Positions 45,101 through 55,024 of a stretch of DNA of 64,000 bases are shown piece after piece. The stretch is from Schizochytrium sp. TIO01 (Eukaryota > Protista > Bigyra: Labyrinthulomycetes): NCBI GenBank assembly GCA_004764695.1, contig SMSO01000004.1, positions 1,054,001 to 1,118,000 of the forward strand. The letters are read 5' to 3'. The position numbers and the translations under genes are program-made. Each line of letters starts with the position of its first letter. Within the stretch, counting starts at the first letter, position 1. The notes beneath the pieces were generated by a model. The model worked only from the letters and a program-made list of their open reading frames with translations. It was not told where the DNA came from and made no database searches.

Positions 45101-47666
45101 ATTTGAACTGACCTTGCAATGTTCGGCAGCTGCTTGCGCATGCTACTGAGTGAATAGCAAATAAATGCTTTCGCCGCTGGAATATTTTATCCTTCAATTT
45201 TTAGTTAAAACAAGATTTCTCTAGCATAGCAGTCAGGTCGACGAATTTCAATCTTCGCTTTGGAAATGCAATTCTCTTTTTTCCTCCAAAACATTAACAG
45301 CACAAATACGAGGTATAGATGGTATTTTTCTGATGTTGGACTGCTAGAGAGTTGTCTGCTCATGCTGCGGATGCCAGTTATCAAACGACGCGTCCATAAG
45401 ATCGGCGATGATGGTTCAATTCCTCTTTCACAGCTTCTGTATATTTTTAAACATTCCATTTATTTTACACTGCATAAGCGTGCTAGGAACATTGATGGAT
45501 GATAATGGATGGACGCTTGAGAGAAAGAGGGACGTTCTGGCAATTTGGTTTTTCATACTACGCCTTACCTAATGGTTGATTCTATCCTGACATTCTAATG
45601 AAATGGATTTATTTGAAACTTTGAAGTTGGTATTGCGTCTACCTATGGAGTTGTTCGCACCTGAAAGAAACTATGATGGGATTGCAACAATATCCCCTCT
45701 TCAGACACTGACGCAGATTGAATGATCAAACAGGAGACATCCAAATTATAGTAATTCATAAAAAGTTCTTCCTGGAAGCTAGTTCTGTAGCATTTCTAGC
45801 TTCTATGATATGCGCCGCAGCTATGCCATATATATTTTCCCAGCAGTGAATCTCAGAGATTTATTTTCATTGTCTGAGACGGTGCCACCGGATAATCCAT
45901 CGTCACCCCGAAGTGTCTACCGTGCACCAGCCCATAAGTGTTGCTTCGTTCTGATCGTCCCATCCGTACACGAGGTTCTTGAAGTTTTAGGGCTATAACT
46001 AGTGGTTGAGAGCTCCAGTTTTTCATGTTTATTAATAAAATTGATAAAATTAAATAGTCTCTTTGATGGACTATTCGAGTTGCCGGTGCTTCCACCAAAC
46101 ATATCAAGCTGAGTTAGATTATTAGCTCGAATATGAGAAACCTTATAACCACGCCGCCGCCACCGCCGCCGCCGCCGCGACGACGACGACGACGTCTGCC
46201 GCAGTTCAGGCCAGTGCTGAGGAGTCTCTCTCTGATCAGACAAGATTGCTCGCTCATTTCCTGCCTGAGTGGCCCTCACATGCCTGCTTTTGAAAGTGCA
46301 TGAGGAAACTTGAAGAGTAGCAAGCACGTACCTATGAAAGTTCAGCAGAGAAATGAGTAAGACAGAGAGGGATTCACACTCAGACGTTTTTAAAAAGTGA
46401 TCCAATTTGCTTGTGGAATCACTGCGCAATTCTTTTCTCCTGATTTCACAACTAAAAAAGTGTTTTCCATAGTACCAATATTGAAATATCAAAACATTAA
46501 AATAATACGTCCTATTTTTTTAGTATTGTTGATAATACTAATTAAAGAAAGAAGACATATAAGAAAGTCCTTTTCTTTTTTCCTTTTTTTTTTGTATGGG
46601 CATATAAAGTAGCCAATACTTCACTATTTCGATTATTCTGGGGGCGGGCGGCGGCTCCAGCCTTTTGCGGATCTTGAAGTATCTCCTCAACATCAAAAGC
46701 TGGGTTGGGCGTCTCCGATTTGGCCCGATGGATAAGCAGTATAAGATTTCCTAAGCCAGGTATTTTCGGATTGAACTCTGACCTAGTTCCAATTGTTTCC
46801 AATCATTTTGTTTTTGATAAATCATAAACTGTGATAATGTGATGTTATTATTATTGTGCAAATAAAATTTTAAAGTAAGAACTGTATAATACAATATATA
46901 GCTGAGTATTACGTTCTATATGTATAATTTGGTAAAGGTGAAGATTTAAAAATGATCCTGATATGGTGTCGTCGTCGTGTCCCGATCCCCCGCGTGTCCA
47001 TGGTAGTATTCTTGTTCACTGACTCAAGGGGTTCTTTGTCCCGAACTTTGAGGCGATTTTAATAAGTACCTAGGTATAAATGTATATATACACACATTTA
47101 AGCTCTTTTTAAAATTTTGTTTTTAATTGCATCCTTTAGGAATTATAAATTAATCTCCACTGCCCTCCCCCCCCAAAAAAATACCGTGTGAAGTATGCTT
47201 GGTGAAGGATAAGGCCAGATCATAATGGCTTGATCTCTTACTCTCACTCGAAAGATTTGGGCTTGTTCTCTTACATTCTCATCCCCAGCCTTTGAAATTG
47301 CGTGCAAATGGTTGACGACGTCTTTCATTCAAATTAGTGCAACTGAGTGATATTTTAAATTAAACAAAGTAAAATAAAATAAAAGTTTTTAAAAGTTCTC
47401 TCTATCAGGCGAGAATGTAGACTGGACAGAATGGAGGCGTCCCTATAGGTTTGAAAATTGTAATGCCGAGCAGAAAATGAAATCAGATTGTTTGCACGCG
47501 ATCAGCAAACCCCAATCTCCATTTGCAGGGTGTTCGTCGCTAAAGACGGGACCCTGTTGAAGAAAGCTTCTACAGAAAAGTGTGGATACTTCTGTGACCA
47601 GCAAGATCTTTCTTAAGATTAAAAGGCCATTTAGAAAATCAGCTGCGATTCGTCTGGGATAGCAGC

Positions 47667-50600
47667 ATGACCCAATTCTGGGTGACGTGTGCAGTCGTCG
47701 CTGCAGCTTTCCTCTTAGCTTTTGAAGGGTCGTCTGCAGCTACCTCCTCATGTTTGCCTCGTGATGTAGTCCTTGTTGTTGACTCCTCTGGCGAAAAATC
47801 AGACTTCGATGATGTGAAAACTCTTGCCAGAAATATAGTTACCAGCTTCGATGTTGGCCGTTCTTCATCTGATGATTATTTTGCCCTTTTCCGCTTTGAT
47901 GCCACCATCAAACAAAAAACAAACTTTGGTGGTATTAAGTCTGCCTCTAATCTGAAAAATAAAATCAACAGCCTCTCTTCAAATGGCAAAGCTGCATCAA
48001 ACCTTGCTCTTGCGTTCAATGAGGCGACTACTCTGCTTCAAAACAAGGGGCGTGACAACACCGAGAAGGTCATCATTATTATTACAGATGGTATTGTAAA
48101 TGTCCCAAGCCCAACCAGAGCAACTGTTTACAAAATTTGTGATAACATTAGCAAGAAGTCACAGGCTACACAAGAGAACTTGGAGATCTGTACTGAGAAC
48201 ATTGTTTCCGAATCTGTATCTACCGATGGAATTACTGTGCTCTATGTTCCGATTAGTGGACGCAGTGGTACCGAAGATGATATTCTTTCTTCGACTGGAG
48301 ATCTTGCTACCTACGTTGACCAGGTGACCACAAGCAACGAGGCTCTTCAAGCGAGTTGTTATGTTCCTGTTACGACACCTGAACCCACTGCTAGCCCGAC
48401 ATCTGCACCAACGTCTCAGCCGACTATGGCTCCTATTGAGACAGACTGTTTTACCGAGGATGCAAAATACACTTCTGTTAAAAAGGTGTCTGGCCCAAGT
48501 AGCTACGATACAAGTGATGCTGCTGAGTGTGGTGCTCTTTGCCAACAAACAGATACCTGCGAATACTTTACATACCTTGGAAGGAAGTCCAATTGTTATC
48601 TTTACAAGTCTGTTGGCAACCTGAAGACTGGAACAGCTTCAAGAAACTTGTATGTCTCAGGGCCGAAGTACTGTACTGCCAGCCCCACATCACAACCCAC
48701 AGATACACGCATCGCAACATCAGCCCCAACTGGAGCCCCCACGGAATCCCCAACTGATGCACCAACTCAGTCTCCCACGGATTCGCCTACAGCGGCACCA
48801 ACTGATGCACCAACTGATGCTCCCACGGATTCGCCTACAGCAGCACCAACTGATGCACCAACTGATGCTCCCACGGATTCGCCTACAGCAGCACCAACTG
48901 ATGCTCCCACGGATTCGCCTACAGCGGCACCAACTGATGCGCCAACTGATGCTCCCACAGATTCGCCTACAGCGGCACCAACTGATGCACCAACTGATGC
49001 TCCCACGGATTCGCCTACAGCGGCACCAACTGATGCGCCAACTGATGCTCCCACGGATTCGCCTACAGCAGCACCAACTGATGCACCAACTGATGCTCCC
49101 ACGGATTCGCCTACAGCGGCACCAACTGATGCGCCAACTGATGCTCCCACGGATTCGCCTACAGCAGCACCAACTGATGCACCAACTGATGCTCCCACAG
49201 ATTCGCCTACAGCGGCACCAACTGATGCACCAACTGATGCTCCCACGGATTCGCCTACAGCGGCACCAACTGATGCGCCAACTGATGCTCCCACGGATTC
49301 GCCTACAGCAGCACCAACTGATGCACCAACTGATGCTCCCACGGATTCGCCTACAGCGGCACCAACTGATGCGCCAACTGATGCTCCCACGGATTCGCCT
49401 ACAGCAGCACCAACTGATGCACCAACTGATGCTCCCACGGATTCGCCTACAGCAGCACCAACTGATGCTCCCACGGATTCGCCTACAGCGGCACCAACTG
49501 ATGCGCCAACTGATGCTCCCACGGATTCGCCTACAGCGGCACCAACTGATGCGCCAACTGATGCTCCCACGGATTCGCCTACAGCAGCACCAACTGATGC
49601 TCCCACCGATTCGCCTACAGCGGCACCAACTGATGCACCAACTGATGCTCCCACGGATTCGCCTACTGCTGCACCAACTGATGCTCCCACGGATTCGCCT
49701 ACAACAGCACCAACAGATGCACCCACTGATGCACCAACTCAGTCTCCCACGGATTCACCTACAGCTGCACCAACTGATGCACCAACTCAGTCTCCCACGG
49801 ATTCGCCTACAGCAGCACCAACTGATGCACCAACTCAGTCTCCCACGGACTCACCTACAGCTGCACCAACTCAGTCTCCCACGGATTCGCCTACAGCAGC
49901 ACCAACTGATGCACCAACTCAGTCTCCCACTGATGCACCAACTCAGTCTCCCACTGATGCACCAACTCAGGCTCCCACGGATTCACCTACAGCTGCACCA
50001 ACTGATGCACCAACTCAGTCTCCCACGGATTCACCTACAGCAGCACCAACTGATGCTCCCACGGATTCGCCTACAGCAGCACCAACTGATGCTCCCACTG
50101 ATGCACCAACTCAGTCTCCCACGGAGTCGCCTACAGCTGCACCAACTGATGCACCAACCCAGTCTCCCACGGATTCACCTACAGCGGCACCAACTGATGC
50201 ACCAACTCAGTCTCCCACGGATTCACCTACAGCAGCACCAACTGATGCTCCCACGGATTCGCCTACAGCTGCACCAACTGATGCACCAACTCAGTCTCCC
50301 ACGGACTCACCTACAGCTGCACCAACTCAGTCTCCCACGGATTCGCCTACAGCGGCACCCACTGATGCACCAACTCAGTCTCCCACGGATTCGCCTACAG
50401 CAGCACCAACTGATGCACCAACTCAGTCTCCCACTGATGCACCAACTCAGTCTCCCACGGATTCACCTACAGCAGCACCAACTGATGCTCCCACGGATTC
50501 GCCTACAGCAGCACCAACTGATGCACCAACTCAGTCTCCCACGGATTCGCCTACAGCTGCACCAACTGATGCACCAACCCAGTCTCCCACGGATTCACCT

Positions 50601-53051
50601 ACAGCAGCACCAACTGATGCACCAACCCAGTCTCCTACGACAGCGCCTACAGCGGCACCAACTGATGCACCAACCCAGTCTCCCACGGACTCACCTACAG
50701 CTGCACCAACCCAGTCTCCTACAGACTCACCTACAGCTGCACCAACTGATGCTCCCACTGATGCACCAACTCAGTCTCCCACGGAGTCGCCTACAGCTGC
50801 ACCAACTGATGCACCAACTCAGTCTCCCACGGACTCGCCTACAGCTGCACCAACTGATGCACCAACTCAGTCTCCCACGGACTCGCCTACAGCTGCACCA
50901 ACTGATGCACCAACTCAGTCTCCCACGGACTCGCCTACCGCAGCACCAACTGATGCACCAACTCAGTCTCCCACGGATTCACCTACAGCAGCACCAACTG
51001 ATGCTCCCACGGATTCGCCTACAGCAGCACCAACTGATGCACCAACTCAGTCTCCCACGGACTCACCTACAGCTGCACCAACTCAGTCTCCCACGGATTC
51101 GCCTACAGCAGCACCAACTGATGCACCAACTCAGTCTCCCACTGATGCACCAACTCAGTCTCCCACTGATGCACCAACTCAGGCTCCCACGGATTCACCT
51201 ACAGCTGCACCAACTGATGCACCAACTCAGTCTCCCACGGATTCACCTACAGCAGCACCAACTGATGCTCCCACGGATTCGCCTACAGCAGCACCAACTG
51301 ATGCTCCCACTGATGCACCAACTCAGTCTCCCACGGAGTCGCCTACAGCTGCACCAACTGATGCACCAACCCAGTCTCCCACGGATTCACCTACAGCGGC
51401 ACCAACTGATGCACCAACCCAGGCCCCCACGGATTCACCGACAGCTGCACCAACTGATGCACCAACCCAGGCTCCCACGGACTCGCCTACAGCAGCACCA
51501 ACTGATGCACCAACTCAGTCTCCCACGGACTCGCCTACAGCTGCACCAACTGATGCACCAACTGATGCACCAACCCAGTCTCCCACGGATTCACCTACAG
51601 CGGCACCAACTGATGCACCAACCCAGGCTCCCACGGATTCACCTACAGCTGCACCAACTGATGCACCAACTCAGTCTCCCACGGATTCACCTACAGCAGC
51701 ACCAACTGATGCTCCCACGGATTCGCCTACAGCAGCACCAACTGATGCTCCCACTGATGCACCAACTCAGTCTCCCACGGAGTCGCCTACAGCTGCACCA
51801 ACTGATGCACCAACCCAGTCTCCCACGGATTCACCTACAGCGGCACCAACTGATGCACCAACCCAGGCCCCCACGGATTCACCGACAGCTGCACCAACTG
51901 ATGCACCAACCCAGGCTCCCACGGACTCGCCTACAGCAGCACCAACTGATGCACCAACTCAGTCTCCCACGGACTCGCCTACAGCTGCACCAACTGATGC
52001 ACCAACTGATGCACCAACCCAGTCTCCCACGGATTCACCTACAGCGGCACCAACTGATGCACCAACCCAGGCTCCCACGGATTCACCTACAGCTGCACCA
52101 ACTGATGCACCAACTCAGTCTCCCACGGATTCACCTACAGCAGCACCAACTGATGCTCCCACGGATTCGCCTACAGCAGCACCAACTGATGCACCAACTC
52201 AGTCTCCCACGGATTCGCCTACAGCGGCACCCACTGATACACCAACTCAGTCTCCCACTGATGCACCAACTCAGTCTCCCACGGATTCACCTACAGCTGC
52301 ACCAACTGATGCACCAACTCAGTCTCCCACGGATTCACCTACAGCAGCACCAACTGATGCTCCCACGGATTCGCCTACAACAGCACCAACTGATGCACCA
52401 ACTCAGTCTCCCACGGACTCGCCTACAGCTGCACCAACTGATGCACCAACCCAGTCTCCCACGGATTCACCTACAGCAGCACCAACTGATGCACCAACCC
52501 AGTCTCCTACGACAGCGCCTACAGTGTTGATTACAGGGTCTCCTACCTCTGCTCCGACAGGACTTGGAGAAATCTCAAGTTCTATGATCGATGAAGGATT
52601 GGCAGTGGGTGAAGAGTACTCTCTCGAATTCGACTTTATGTTGGAAGGTACCTACAATGCCCAGCCCCAGAGCGTTATTCAGCGTGGAGGAACACAATCT
52701 GCAAGCTCCAGTAGCAATTATGTACGTCAGCCCGCTGTCTTTGTTGGGCGGAACGCACGCAATTTGCTCCTTCGAACTTCAGTTCAGGGCAGATCTAACC
52801 CCGGATGTGACTCTGATATTTCCTTGACTCTTGACCAAGTTTACCACATTGTAATCAACGTTGCTAATGGCGTCTCGGCAGATCTTTACGTTGACGGCAC
52901 TCTTGGATGCTCAATCTCTCTCACATCTAGTCAATTGCTTTATGTTGATGAAGAATGGCCGGTTTATGTTGGTGGTCCCGAGAACATGTACCCTGCCGCG
53001 ACTGGTCAGATCGGCAACATCAAGTGGGCCAACCAAACGATCAGCATCTAA
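47667..53051 (+). CDS. Secreted mucin-like protein: signal peptide, VWA domain, PAN/Apple domain, ~1250-aa Pro-Thr repeat stalk, C-terminal LamG/ConA-like beta domain
   Basis: Hydrophobic leader, VWA motifs RDVVLVVDSSG and KVIIIITDG, PAN pattern AAECGALCQQTDTCEYFTY...CYLY...SGPKYC, then (PTDA/PTDS/PTAA/PTQS)n. The C-terminal YHIVINV...DLYVDG...YVGG is typical of laminin-G-like sandwiches. No TM segment seen. Confidence 0.88.
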   Translation: MTQFWVTCAVVAAAFLLAFEGSSAATSSCLPRDVVLVVDSSGEKSDFDDVKTLARNIVTSFDVGRSSSDDYFALFRFDATIKQKTNFGGIKSASNLKNKINSLSSNGKAASNLALAFNEATTLLQNKGRDNTEKVIIIITDGIVNVPSPTRATVYKICDNISKKSQATQENLEICTENIVSESVSTDGITVLYVPISGRSGTEDDILSSTGDLATYVDQVTTSNEALQASCYVPVTTPEPTASPTSAPTSQPTMAPIETDCFTEDAKYTSVKKVSGPSSYDTSDAAECGALCQQTDTCEYFTYLGRKSNCYLYKSVGNLKTGTASRNLYVSGPKYCTASPTSQPTDTRIATSAPTGAPTESPTDAPTQSPTDSPTAAPTDAPTDAPTDSPTAAPTDAPTDAPTDSPTAAPTDAPTDSPTAAPTDAPTDAPTDSPTAAPTDAPTDAPTDSPTAAPTDAPTDAPTDSPTAAPTDAPTDAPTDSPTAAPTDAPTDAPTDSPTAAPTDAPTDAPTDSPTAAPTDAPTDAPTDSPTAAPTDAPTDAPTDSPTAAPTDAPTDAPTDSPTAAPTDAPTDAPTDSPTAAPTDAPTDAPTDSPTAAPTDAPTDSPTAAPTDAPTDAPTDSPTAAPTDAPTDAPTDSPTAAPTDAPTDSPTAAPTDAPTDAPTDSPTAAPTDAPTDSPTTAPTDAPTDAPTQSPTDSPTAAPTDAPTQSPTDSPTAAPTDAPTQSPTDSPTAAPTQSPTDSPTAAPTDAPTQSPTDAPTQSPTDAPTQAPTDSPTAAPTDAPTQSPTDSPTAAPTDAPTDSPTAAPTDAPTDAPTQSPTESPTAAPTDAPTQSPTDSPTAAPTDAPTQSPTDSPTAAPTDAPTDSPTAAPTDAPTQSPTDSPTAAPTQSPTDSPTAAPTDAPTQSPTDSPTAAPTDAPTQSPTDAPTQSPTDSPTAAPTDAPTDSPTAAPTDAPTQSPTDSPTAAPTDAPTQSPTDSPTAAPTDAPTQSPTTAPTAAPTDAPTQSPTDSPTAAPTQSPTDSPTAAPTDAPTDAPTQSPTESPTAAPTDAPTQSPTDSPTAAPTDAPTQSPTDSPTAAPTDAPTQSPTDSPTAAPTDAPTQSPTDSPTAAPTDAPTDSPTAAPTDAPTQSPTDSPTAAPTQSPTDSPTAAPTDAPTQSPTDAPTQSPTDAPTQAPTDSPTAAPTDAPTQSPTDSPTAAPTDAPTDSPTAAPTDAPTDAPTQSPTESPTAAPTDAPTQSPTDSPTAAPTDAPTQAPTDSPTAAPTDAPTQAPTDSPTAAPTDAPTQSPTDSPTAAPTDAPTDAPTQSPTDSPTAAPTDAPTQAPTDSPTAAPTDAPTQSPTDSPTAAPTDAPTDSPTAAPTDAPTDAPTQSPTESPTAAPTDAPTQSPTDSPTAAPTDAPTQAPTDSPTAAPTDAPTQAPTDSPTAAPTDAPTQSPTDSPTAAPTDAPTDAPTQSPTDSPTAAPTDAPTQAPTDSPTAAPTDAPTQSPTDSPTAAPTDAPTDSPTAAPTDAPTQSPTDSPTAAPTDTPTQSPTDAPTQSPTDSPTAAPTDAPTQSPTDSPTAAPTDAPTDSPTTAPTDAPTQSPTDSPTAAPTDAPTQSPTDSPTAAPTDAPTQSPTTAPTVLITGSPTSAPTGLGEISSSMIDEGLAVGEEYSLEFDFMLEGTYNAQPQSVIQRGGTQSASSSSNYVRQPAVFVGRNARNLLLRTSVQGRSNPGCDSDISLTLDQVYHIVINVANGVSADLYVDGTLGCSISLTSSQLLYVDEEWPVYVGGPENMYPAATGQIGNIKWANQTISI
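48730..52525 (+). repeat. Coding minisatellite: 12-bp PTxx subunits in ~48-bp units with higher-order duplications
   Basis: Directly visible. The rare Glu (GAG) variant marks positions 50124, 50784, 51336 and 51780. Confidence 0.97.
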
Positions 53052-54078
53052 AATTCTCTAATTACATAAATTTGAAAGTATATTTTTCAACTTCACATTC
53101 CGTTGTTAATTTTATGATCAACATTTTATAAACTGAGGATTGGAATGTTCACTTGGAGTTCGACACTCTCTATATGGGCCCTTCTAGGATTACTAATAAC
53201 CTTACTTGGTTTAATTGTGTTGCTTTAGCTTGAGAGATGACTGATACTATTCCTTAACTCTAGGAGCATACAGTTGGACCCCAGCCCAAATATACAAAAT
53301 TAGGTCTACAGAATGAGAGTAGTGTTTTTTTAAAGGTGGAAGTCGGGATGTTCTGATTGGCATGTTTATTCAACGACAAAATAGAACCAATGCAGAAAGA
53401 CTATTGTATGGCTTACAGGGTAGCAATAAAGGAAATAAGTATGAGCCTTTGGGCTATCCTCTGAGACAACTTTGATTGGACTATTACTTAGTCCTCCACT
53501 CCGCAATACGACGAAACAACTTCTCTGTGATTCTTTAATTTGAACGCATGGCAAAACTGCCAAGTTCGGAGCCCTGACTGCTTGTCAATGTTCATAATCT
53601 ATAAATAGTTTACCTGCATCTGTCATTTGGACCTAAAGTTCTAGTTGGGAAAGGACTGTTGTCTATTCTACATTAATTAATAACTGAACGGCATAGACAA
53701 ACCTAACACCTATACGGCACCAACTGACACTGGAACCAAACCCGTTTTTATCATCTATATTAGCTCTAGGTATCCATTATCTCACAACCAAAAAAGTAGA
53801 AGGAAAAACATGTTTATTATTTATATGAGTTTTTTTATTCTTTTTTGTGAAAATAGTGCCAACGTAGGTAATAGTAATAGTTAAGTAATGCACTATGCCA
53901 AAAGAAAGCTAAAGTTTGAGGTTTGGATCAAGCGTGGCAAACCTATCCGAGTAAACCTACTATTGATATTGTGCTGGGCGGAAACGGTGCAAACTGCAGA
54001 AGGGACGACGCGTACAGTTGCCTGCGTATTTCTCTTTTTATTAAGTGCGTGCAAGGCTACGTCTTGCACCTATAATCG

Positions 54079-54498
54079 ATGATGGCCTCCTCTTCCACTG
54101 GCCACATGCAAACTATCTTTGAAGGTGGCAAGGGAAATGCTCTCCAGGCCTGCGTAGCCACGGTGCTCAAAGCAAATTCGCTTTCGAGCGTGCCTAATTT
54201 CATGGAGAGTGGCGCCGAATACATGGACAAGTGTAACGAGTTCCTCGGTTCTAATTATCCACCACTTGCGATGGTCAAGGTGGATCTTCAGCAAACAGAA
54301 GGAAGACTTCCCTTCCCTGCAGCTGCCGGCACAAGAACTATTGTTGCGGGCAAGTCCCCACGGGGGGATTTCAAACATTGCTGTGTCTACAGGGTTGGTA
54401 AGGATGGAGTTTCCTTGGAGCCCTGCCACGACCCTCATCCAGATGCGAGATTTCTCGAGAGCCCATTTTCCTGGGCGGGCTTTTTATGTATCAAATGA
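54079..54498 (+). CDS. Small hypothetical protein resembling phage/bacterial papain-fold (C39-like) proteins
   Basis: Motif series QT..G.GN.LQACVA..L...VPNF...GKSPRGDFKH..V...HDPHP. Clean 139-aa ORF in a GC-richer island between AT-rich flanks. Confidence 0.7.
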   Translation: MMASSSTGHMQTIFEGGKGNALQACVATVLKANSLSSVPNFMESGAEYMDKCNEFLGSNYPPLAMVKVDLQQTEGRLPFPAAAGTRTIVAGKSPRGDFKHCCVYRVGKDGVSLEPCHDPHPDARFLESPFSWAGFLCIK

Positions 54499-55024
54499 TA
54501 TCTTTGATTTACCCCCAGCTCAGTTGAACTACATCAATTCACACAACCTATATAGAAGTTCATTTAGGGGTTTTGTGCAGGTCAAAGAAAAGAAGGAAAG
54601 AAGACGCAACCTTTAGACAACAAAAGCATTAAAAAGGATGACTACTAGCATACTTCATAGAAAATGAAAACAATTACAACATTACTATGCTATAGCTCCA
54701 CACAAAATCCTGAAAGAGTTGATATATTTATAAAAGCTGAAAATCACCTCCAAGGCGCATAATTCTTCTTCGAATAGAATCATTTGCTATTGTTTGTTAT
54801 TTTTAATCATGCAAGTAGCCCTCCAAAAGTTCTTAGAAAAATCTACGAATCCGAACATGGTTGTATAATATGATGATGATCGTCTTCAGTGTTATAATAA
54901 ACAAGTTCTTCTCGAGCTCATTAAAAGGAACAAAAGCAAATTTTTGATTCTCAGCAACTAGATATTTGGAATAACGCGGGAAGAAGAGATGTTATATTTG
55001 TTGGTAAATGAGATACTTTATAAT

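Noticed and set aside
48652-52530. 1292-aa alternative-frame ORF (QLMHQLMLPRIRL)n and antisense (GASV)n ORFs
   Set aside because: They coincide with the PT minisatellite, whose unit lacks stops in those frames, and they have no non-repeat domain.
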